Below, one piece after another: positions 53,603 to 64,000 of a stretch of DNA of 64,000 nt. The stretch lies in assembly GCA_964016885.1 (NCBI GenBank), contig OZ024743.1, positions 119,102,001 to 119,166,000 on the forward strand, read 5' to 3'. Made by a program: the position numbers and the translations under genes. Source of the DNA: Eledone cirrhosa. Its lineage: Eukaryota. The stretch's first letter is position 1, and each line of letters begins with the position of its first letter. The notes beneath the pieces are model-generated. The model was not told where the DNA came from. It did not search any database and saw only the letters and a list, made by a program, of their open reading frames with translations.

Positions 53603-53762
53603 TAATTGTTTCTATTTTTGGCACAAGGCCAGCAAATACCCAGTGCATTACTGGTACTTTATTTTATCAACCCCGTACGGATGAAAGGCAAAGTTAACCT
53701 CGGCGGGATTTGAACTCAGAATGGTAAGGGCCATAACTCTATGCGTCAAAGCATGGCGTCCG
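53603..53762 (-). mobile_element. SINE family S, 5' truncated
   Basis: Consensus match; imperfect TSD GTAG(A/G)TATAAT. Confidence 0.88.
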
Positions 53763-54920
53763 TTGTAGGTATAATAGCAGTAAAATCAAAAGAAACACCA
53801 ACAAGAGTGTCTCTATGTGTTGGACCGATCTACGAGAGATAATAGACAAATCTTCTTCAAGTGATATCGTACTGTCTTAAACCTGGAAGAAAACATAAGA
53901 TTATGTAGTCCAAGTAATATTTAATAAAAGACAAAATAGACACGACTGGTTTGGAATAATCTTTATCACAGCTTAACATAATCAAGGTCAGCTTGGGTTA
54001 AAAGAAACACAATAATCACAATTAAAAAAATAACCACAATAATACAACTAGCTTAAAATTATGACTAAATATATGATTAATGAACTACGGGCAATTAACG
54101 ATATGACCATCTCACAATATGATGCATGTATGTAACCTTAACGTAGTTTTAAGGGTGATTCAGCATGGCACAATGACAAAATATATGAATAACTAGCATC
54201 ATGGCTAACATACTAATAATATGATCATTGATATATATATATTCTTCTTTTTCCCCGTTCCGTACTGTGCATCGTTCCGTTTCAGTAGCAGTTTTTCTCT
54301 GAGAAGAAGCTGTTAAGCATTCGCTCAACACTTCTCTCAAGAAAGGAACTTTATGAATCGTTCTCTCCATGACACTACTTGCAGTGCCAGACTAGATAGA
54401 GAGGGTGAAGAATCGTCACAATGCTTGACTGATACTTTTTTTTATCGACACCAGAATGATAAAAAGCAAATTTGGCCGCACTAGAATTTGAGCTCAGAGT
54501 GCAGAGAATCGGAACAAATACCGACAAAATAATTCAACCACTTATCAGATATATGAATAAATAACAATATAAACAATATGACATAGTTAACGATTAGTAT
54601 GCCAACTTTCTTACTAATCAATAATGTGATTATCTTTTACCTAAACAATATGGCCAACTAACATTGAAGCAAACTGTATAAACAACAAACAGAATATCAC
54701 CAACTAAATATTGTAAACTTAAGTGACATGCACAACACTATCACCAAATACATAACCAAGTTTCAAATAAAGAGCTGTGACCTCTACGTAGTCCCCAAAA
54801 GTCGCAAAAAATAGCAACTATATCACCCTCTATTTCAAATCAAACACCAACATTTATAAAACGAATGAGACGAAAGCGAATGAAATGTACAGAAAAAGAT
54901 AGGTTGTTCTGAAGATCATT

Positions 54921-55087
54921 TAGAGGGTTGGACGCCATGCTTTCCAGCATAGTTACGTCCCTTTACGATCTGAGTTCAAATCCCGCCGAGGTTGACTTTG
55001 CCTTTCATCCTTACGGGGTCGATAAAATAAAGTACCAGTGATGCACTGGTGAATTGCTGGCCTTGTGCCTAAAGTAGAAACAATTAT
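54921..55087 (+). mobile_element. SINE family S
   Basis: Consensus match. Confidence 0.88.
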
Positions 55088-55531
55088 CATCGGCATCATA
55101 ATCGCAATCACCACTACACCCACCATCACAACTAACTCCATCATCACCACCACTACAATCTCCACCATCACTACCGTCATCGTCATTACCGCTACTCCCG
55201 TCACCACCATCATCATAATCATAGCTACCATCATCACCATCATCACCATCACCTTCATCACCAACATCATCATCATCATCATCATCAGAGCTGCAATCAC
55301 CATCATTAACACCATCATCATTATCCCCTCTACCCGGTGAATAACATCATCATCTCCGATAGACCCTTCACCACGACAGCCATCATCATTGTTACAACTA
55401 CCTTCACCACCACCATCATTAACACCACCACCACAACCACCATTATCATCATAAACGCCATAATCGTGCTAAGCAGCAGTAGTAAAACTAATGAGTAAAA
55501 TCTCTCCATACACAACAAACATTTAAACTTT

Positions 55532-55632
55532 AGAAGAAGAAGAAGAAGAAGAAGAAGAAGAAGAAGAAGAAGAAGAAGAAGAAGAAGAAGAAGAAGAAGA
55601 AGAAGAAGAAGAAGAAGAAGAAGAAGAAGAAG
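55532..55632 (+). repeat. (GAA)n microsatellite
   Basis: Directly visible. Confidence 0.95.
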
Positions 55633-56185
55633 GAGGAGGTAGTAACACTGGTTTCGATAATGATAATAATAACAATACCAGTTACAATAGCAACAACAAT
55701 AGTTATGGCAATAATAATAGTGAACTGATATATTTTCACACACACACACACATTATGCACGCACACGCACTCACACACATAGACACGCACATAGACACAC
55801 TCAGGGTGTATTTTTTTCTTCTGCTTTGTCTGGTTCTTAAGGAAATCGGACATGAGGGGGCGTTATTTAAGATGTGTGACGATGGACAAAGGGTCAAGAA
55901 AGGAAGTGTGGCCTCCGTACTGGAGTAATTTCCTTCGACTGGTCATTGAAGCATTGCGACCTTTGCTTACATCCGAACCTTAAAATGAATGGTGTTTTTA
56001 CGAAAGCCGAGCGTATAGAGACGTCAGAAATACACGTTAACTTGCTTGATACATTTTCTTGGTTGCACTCTGTTATTGTATATATAAGTCTGTCACTCTC
56101 TCTCCCTTACATTTTATGATCTTTCTACCTTTCTTAACCGCTCACGTTATTTGCCAGTATGTGTGTGCCTGTGTGTGTGTGTGTA

Positions 56186-56260
<75 letters not shown>

Positions 56261-56579
56261 TGGGGGAGACAAATAAAGAGAATGGGAGAGAGAAAGAGAC
56301 AGAGGGAGAGGGGTATGTGTATGTATCAACTTATCAACTTATGTAAATTTAGTAAATCTATAAATCCTTCGCTTTCCCCTAACTCAATGTATGTATGCAT
56401 ATATGTATATATGTATGAATCTATGTATGTATGTATGTACGTATCTAATTGTAAATGTACACATGCATACATTTTTGTACACATACGTGTGTGACATTTT
56501 GAGTACGTATCCTTCAGTTTGCCCAATGTCTTTTTGAGAGAAATTTGGTAGACAGTAACAGGCCGGAAACCAATCGTAT

Positions 56580-56707
<128 letters not shown>

Positions 56708-56859
56708 GTATATATATATGTATATATATATATACGCATCTAGTTTTACTTACAACAACCAGTATTGTTTGTTTATGTTCTGTAACTTACCAGTTCAAAA
56801 ATTATCATCACACGCACCAGTTGAACTTCAATTCACTTTATTATTAGTTCATGAAATAA

Positions 56860-57290
56860 TGCTTGGTGAGGAGGAGGATTTTGGACACCCAACGGGATGA
56901 AAAACAAAACCTGTTAATGGCGAAGGAACTCACGAGAGTAAACGGTCATCCAATAAAGTTTTTTTTTTTATGGAGCGAGATACTCTTACTCTTCATTAAG
57001 ACATATCTCTAGAAGATTACTCTGATATAAAACCTGCAACTTCGTTTGCATCCAATGATGTAGACTAATTCTTCTTTCTAAGCAAATGCATTCGATGTTC
57101 AACGAGTGGGACTGGCCCCATGCAAAGCCTTCCTCACTTAAAAAAGTTTCAAGCACTGACATCGGTTGATGTATGACATTTTTTGCGATGCATAGTATAG
57201 CTGGGCATAGGGAAGTTCTTAGCAGGACTAAAAAAACCACGTCCGTTAGGTATCAAGTGATGGCATTACTCGAAATCGAGTTGCAGCCAA
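56860..57290 (+). mobile_element. Old diverged copy of the RTE-like non-coding element
   Basis: CTTGGTGAGGAGGAGGATTTTGGACACCC, ACTCTGATATAAAACCTGCAAC, GAGTGGGACTGGC, ACTCGAAATCGAGTTG match 57686-58264 (minus). Confidence 0.7.
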
Positions 57291-57685
57291 CATATACGTA
57301 TATATCGTTGCCTGAATGGGGCTGTACTCGGAGTTACCCAAAGCAAACTGTCACACTCTCCAATGACTGACGTATAGACACGCACACAAGATGCCACACC
57401 CATATATGTGTACATAAATGTATGCATGCATACATTTATACTTAAATATGTACATGCATACATGTTTCTGCAATCTTGGATAATCCTCTAACGAGTGAAA
57501 TCTTAATTTTTTTTGTTTTTTTAAGCATCAAAATTATGATTAAATTTGAGTTCGTAAATATCAAAAACCAACTTGTATATTTCGTAATATATTTCTAAGA
57601 GGAATAAACTGCACACACACATACATACATACATACATACATACATACATACATACATACATACATACATACATACATACATACA

Positions 57686-58264
57686 TGGTGGCTGCCAACT
57701 CGTTTTCGAGTACGGCCACTACATTATATCCATGTAGGAGAACCCCTACCGATGCGCTGAACGAATGTGACTTTTTAATCCAGCCAGCGACTTGAAAACT
57801 CTGGTACAAACACTACACTTGTGACAATTATTGACGCATAGTGCTGGGCCCATGGTACCATGTGACGACAAGTGCAGAGAGATCTCCAGATATAAAGAAA
57901 TGCCTGTGCCGTGAAGCTTTTATAGTGAGCAAAGGCCCTGCACAAAGCCAGTCCCACTCTCTTAACCAAGATGATATTTCCCAAAAAGAAGAACAAGTCA
58001 ACATCATTGGATACCATCAGGGTTGCTGGTGTTATATCAGAGTTTTCCTTCTCCTATAATTCTGCCTTGACAAAGGCTAAGGGGTCATCTCTCCCGGTGA
58101 TTTTGGATGACCATTGACTCTTAAGAGCTCCTTTGCCCTTTGTTTTTAGTCCTGCAGGATGTCCAAAGTCACCCTCCTCACCAAGAAACCTTGGTGGGGT
58201 TGCCAGTTTAGTCGCCAACGACCCGACCATGAGAGAGGTCAGGTCGTTGGCGACTAAACTTCCC
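57686..58264 (-). mobile_element. Non-coding RTE-like element, near full length, between (CATA)n tracts
   Basis: Inverse of 41082-41483 plus about 175 bp more of the 5' region; terminal hairpin 58205-58260. Confidence 0.75.
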
Positions 58265-58551
58265 ATACATACATACATACATACATACATACATACATAC
58301 ATACATACATACATACATACATACATACATACACACATACATACACACATACATGATGCATGCAAGCATACATACATGCATACATACATGCCTGCACACA
58401 TACATGCGTGCACATATATACATACATACAGGTAGTTATACTGACAGGCAGACAGCAGATAAATAACTAGAAGGATAGATAAATAGATACATGGATAGAT
58501 ATAGTGATAGATATAGATACATAGACAGACAGATAGAAAGATAGATAGATA

Positions 58552-58631
<80 letters not shown>

Positions 58632-58669
58632 ATATATATATGTATATATAGATGTATATGTATATGTAT

Positions 58670-58704
<35 letters not shown>

Positions 58705-58711
58705 TATATAC

Positions 58712-58783
<72 letters not shown>

Positions 58784-58918
58784 GTATATATGTATATATA
58801 TATGTATATGTATATGTATATATATATATGCATATGCATATGTATATGTATATATATATGTATATATATATAAGTATATGCATATGTATATGTATATATA
58901 TATATATGTATGTATGTA

Positions 58919-58997
<79 letters not shown>

Positions 58998-59620
58998 GGG
59001 GGGGAGAGATACATACATACATACATACAATGTTACAAATATTACGGGGAAAATAAAAGAGAAATATATAAAAAAAGAATGGCAGTCGTTGACAATAAAA
59101 AGATTTACATGTTTACACAAGCAAACCAATCGCAAAGCAAATAATCAAAGTAACCTAAGTCTACAATACACACAAAGTGGGCAAGAACGTTTGTTGGATA
59201 CTCTATTTACTGTAAAATCTTAACAAGCAAAGAAAGTAAACAGATTACAAACAAACCACTTGACCGGCTTAACCTTTTCATGTTTACTCTCACCACAGAG
59301 GTCGCTCGTTTTTGTTCATCTAAGTTACGTAAAAAAATATTGTATAGAATAAAATACAAAATGGCCGTCCTGTCAGTAGCGATAATTTAATGAAGATTTA
59401 AAAGGGACGACAGAGGTTTTTATTGAAATGTTTAGTGTAGTATATAAAATGTCATGAAGGTGTGAGTTTCATAAGTGAGTGAGCATGTGCGTGTGTGCTT
59501 GCTTTCTGTTGACTCTGTCTCGCACACACATTTTTCCCTGTTCTCCCATCTCTCTCTTTCACTATATATATGTACACACACTAACACACTCACACAAACA
59601 TATATATATATATATAACTA

Positions 59621-59663
59621 TCGAAACGGCCGGAGCTCAGCCGTCGGGGTCCTGACTCTTTTC

Positions 59664-59666
<3 letters not shown>
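59621..59666 (+). mobile_element. Family A arm-only fragment
   Basis: TCGAAACGGCCGGAGCTCAGCCGTCGGGGTCCTGACTCTTTTCCTA then (TA)n. Confidence 0.75.
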
Positions 59667-59695
<29 letters not shown>

Positions 59696-59725
59696 AAATA
59701 AAATAAAATAAAATATATATATATA

Positions 59726-59921
59726 GATGAGATTCTACAGGACTAGAACTGTTTCATTCTTTAGAAATCATCAGGAAGCCTGATAATTCCTGATGATTTC
59801 TAAAGAATCAAACAGTTCTAGTCCTGTAGAATCTCATCTATATTAACACTTTTATACTCTGCAATGTATTGAGTACCTTACTTACTGTGGTTACCTCCGA
59901 TTCAACCCGGAATAACGTAAC

Positions 59922-59922
<1 letters not shown>
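59726..59922 (+). mobile_element. Family B fold-back element in (TA)n
   Basis: Both arms share the TAAA stem II loop variant; the plus arm has GAAA>CAAA. Confidence 0.85.
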
Positions 59923-59995
<73 letters not shown>

Positions 59996-60714
59996 TTATC
60001 CATGACCGGATATTTCCAAAAAGCGAATGAAACCTCATGGGGTAGAAACATAATTTCGGTATGTTTATGTACATTTTTTCTTCTAACTTTGATTTTGTAC
60101 ATAATTATGTATGGTTGGCTATATGTCTGATCAATTTCTACGGGCTATTAGAAATACTGGGTAAATCTTCTGTGGCTGTTGATCGCGGATAAAATAGCTA
60201 TCATTTATTTATCTATTTTAAACTTATAGCCTCGTTTAATTGATTTTTTTGTGTGGTTAATTATGCTGATTGAGAGGAGAAATACTGTATGTATTTTATC
60301 AAATGATTCTATGGACTTACTTTCTTATATATATATATATACATGTATATACATATGTAGATATATATATACATGTATATACATATGTAGATATATATAT
60401 ATATATGTAAAGCGAGAAAGAGAGTGGATATATATATTTATGTATAATTATGGCATCAAACCTTAATTCTGTTTTTATAATTATATATTTAACATTAATT
60501 AAGAATGCAGTGCTATTTCCTCTACGATGCTTGACCAGAATTGACCCTTACTATAATAATTTATACTCACCACGTGAGCAACGATAATTGATTAAAACTT
60601 ATCCGCACATTATATTAATTATGTTAAGAATGGTTTCCACGCAAATGTATATATGTATATATACATTCAACACACACACGCACGCACACACACACACATG
60701 TATAAATATATATG

Positions 60715-60762
<48 letters not shown>

Positions 60763-61044
60763 CATGCATACATGCATATAAATAAAACTATTGTGAGTGG
60801 GTCAGCTTGAGTGATGTGTTAAAGCATGGATTATCCACTGTCACTGCAAGCGATTGCATATACCGAAATGGATAAATATTTTTAAGTAATGCTTCATTTA
60901 CTTGTTTTTTCTTTACTTTTCAATCTTGCTGAATTTTAGACTGGATGTCAAAGAGTTTATTGAACACATTGAATACGGAATATATATGTGTTCGCATGTG
61001 TATTTCTATATGCATGTTAGTTTGTATATATACATATATATATA

Positions 61045-61178
61045 AAGAGTCAGGACCCCGAAGGCTGAGTTCCGGCCGTTTCGACAGCTATATGAAAACG
61101 TTTTACTCTACTACCCTGAGTATTGAGTATTCTGGTGCGTAATGGTCCACCTGGTATCTTACCACATCCTCTTTGTTA
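61045..61178 (+). mobile_element. Family A element, diverged
   Basis: Inverted hammerhead half, then tail ACTCTACTACCCTGAGTATTGAGTATTCTGGTGCG...GTTA, in TA. Confidence 0.75.
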
Positions 61179-61629
61179 TATATATATATATATATATACA
61201 CATATATGTTTGCGTGTCTGCATAAACGGATACGTGCGCATACATATACGTGCACATATTGTGGTTAAGCCCTTCCATTCACAGAAGGACGATTGGAAAG
61301 ATTCAATATTAAATTGGTTAACAAAATTAACTTGCATACGCACACAATCCTAAACAGATATACAGTCATACAAAGCTTTGTTTATTAAGCACAAATTCTT
61401 CTCCAGATCAGTCAACACAGAAAAGGAATATATCAATAGTAAGATATGACAAACTTATTAAGATGTGTATGGTTTTTTTCTCCATACAGTGCTCGGATAG
61501 TGCACACTCGCTTAAAGAAAAACACATTCAAATATCTATATAAATCAATCCAACAATCGTTCTTTTTATTCCACTGATCCTCTCACTGCATTACCTTCTA
61601 TATAATATATATATATAGATATAGGTATA

Positions 61630-61821
61630 TAATTATTTCTACTTTTGGCACAAGGCCAGCAATTACCCAGTTTATTACTGGTACTTTATTTTATCGACCC
61701 CGTAAGGATGAAAGGCAAAGTTAACCTCGGCGAGATTTGAACTCAGATCACAAAGGGACGTAACTCTATGCTTCAAAGCATGGTGTCCCTCTCTCAAACC
61801 GATACTGCCAATCCACCGCCC
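61630..61821 (-). mobile_element. SINE family S full length with 20-bp TSD
   Basis: TSD TATAGATATAGGTATATAAT at 61614-61633 and 61824-61843. Confidence 0.92.
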
Positions 61822-62683
61822 GTTATAGATATAGGTATATAATGTACACAAATACACTCATGCACGCGTTTAATGTCTGTTGTATATATACAAAGATAAA
61901 TATTTTACAAGTTGTAAAAAATATGTTTTACAAGTGTTATAGATTAGAAACCTACTGACTTTTGTAAATTATTTTGATGTTATAATAAATTACAGACATA
62001 AAGGAAATATTGATTTCTTTGACAATTCAATCGATCTATAAAAGTATAGGCAGCAGTATCCTGAAGTGAGATTTTAAACACAAAAACACACACATGCACA
62101 CTCACAGGCACACATACATACATATACATACATAATACATACATATACATACATATATACATACACACGCGCAAAAACGTACACGCACATACATCCACGC
62201 ATATCCATACACTCACACACACATATATACAATATATACACACACATATATACATACATACATACATACCTAGCCGTAGACATGAAGAGTAACAAAAAAG
62301 AGCAGAAATGATATTGTTGATGAGAGGTTAGCAAGAAGGGTTGGGCGACACCCTTAAAAAGGGGCTATAGCTAACTGAGTTAAATAGATGTAGTCGCCAA
62401 TTGACGGAGACGAATAGACGCCATGTGGCGCTGATGACAGTACCTAAAAGAATATCCGGGTGTTGTTATCCCTTCTCTTAACTGTCACCTATCACAACCC
62501 CTATCACAAGTTTTAGAACGTGTATGTACGTGAGGAGAGGTATGGTTCGTGGTTCTTTACTGCGGCTTATCCTACTTACTACGGTTTCTACTTCCATTTT
62601 ATATTTATGTGTTACGTATTTGTGATTATGTTTATGTGTTTATTTTTAAACACACACGCACACACATACATACGCACATGCAA

Positions 62684-62744
<61 letters not shown>

Positions 62745-62774
<30 letters not shown>

Positions 62775-62812
62775 CAGACAGACAGAGAGAAATGTTTGCA
62801 TATGTGTGTATG

Positions 62813-62869
<57 letters not shown>

Positions 62870-62910
62870 TGACAGACAGACAGAGAGAAATGTTTGCATA
62901 TGTGTGTATG

Positions 62911-62965
<55 letters not shown>

Positions 62966-63030
62966 TGACAGACAGACAGAGAGAAATGTTTGCATATGTG
63001 TGTATGTATGTATATATATATATATATACA
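62745..63030 (+). repeat. Higher-order repeat of compound microsatellites (about 97-bp unit x3)
   Basis: (GA)n-GTGACAGACAGACAGAGAGAAATGTTTGCATATGTGTGTATGTATG-(TA)n at 62771, 62869, 62965. Confidence 0.9.
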
Positions 63031-63031
63031 T

Positions 63032-63136
<105 letters not shown>

Positions 63137-63179
63137 AGTATATATATACAATATAAATATAGTCAGTTATAACAGTGGC

Positions 63180-63258
<79 letters not shown>

Positions 63259-64000
63259 TAGAGAGTGATAGACAGACAGACAGACAGACAGAGCGAGAGA
63301 GAAAAATGTGCGTGGTTGTGTACGAGAGAGAGAGCAAGGTAAATAGATATGTATGTATGTATGTGAGAGTGTTGCGTTTGAATGAAGTGTTAATAGGTGT
63401 GGGTGTACATAAAGCTGTGTTAACACGCACACAAAGAAACATTGCACACACATGCACACAAACATACACACACACTAACACTCTCTCACACATAAACACA
63501 CATGTCACATGCGTATATAAATAAAATATATATATAATATATATGCAGGTACATATAAATGTGTGAGTGTTCGTATGCATGTATTTATGTGTGTATATGT
63601 CTAGAAATTAAACGCCCTTCTCTGACCAATGTATTCTTCCATTTGTAATTTGTTTCCAGTTCAGAAAGAAAGCGTAATAGATATTAAGGGAGATATACTA
63701 AGGGAGAGAAAGAGAAAGAGTGAGAGGCCGGGGAGGAAGACGGACTGACAGTCGGAAAAAGAGAAAGATGAAAAATGAAAAACCTTCACGAGTCAAAACT
63801 GCCCGCATTTACAGGGCCCAAGTTAACCTTTCTGCTCATTTAACCACCTCGTTGATCGCTGTACGGGCGATTGGAGTTGGAATAAAGAAAATCACTGACG
63901 AAAGTATAAAAATCAAATAAATAAATAAAAATAATAATAAAGTTTGAATGAAAGGAAGGAAGTAGGAAATAATGGAAAAGAGGGTAATAGAAACATTTCT

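Overview
AT-rich, microsatellite-saturated animal genomic DNA. The repeat content looks octopod/cephalopod (judged from recalled SINE and LINE sequences, not from a search). No host protein-coding exon is recognisable, and nearly all ORF-track entries are (TA)n/(CA)n/(GA)n or SINE artefacts. Supported content: about 20 copies of one tRNA-headed SINE family (several with clear TSDs); a decayed 3-kb R4/Dong-type RLE LINE inside (TAA)n (46141-49205, minus); CR1-type and RTE-type LINE fragments, one of them twin-primed; a non-coding RTE-like element with a (TATG)n tail and a probable HDV-like ribozyme; and several MITEs. The main signal is roughly 25 short elements from about seven sequence-distinct families, nearly all embedded in (TA)n. 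Each combines a type I hammerhead ribozyme core (CTGANGA...GAAA...TH) or its 3' half, a fold-back inverted copy (up to a perfect 180-bp-arm palindrome) and a unique 3' tail with an ACTC...GAGT stem. This architecture fits Penelope-like element pLTRs or retrozyme-like elements that target (TA)n.
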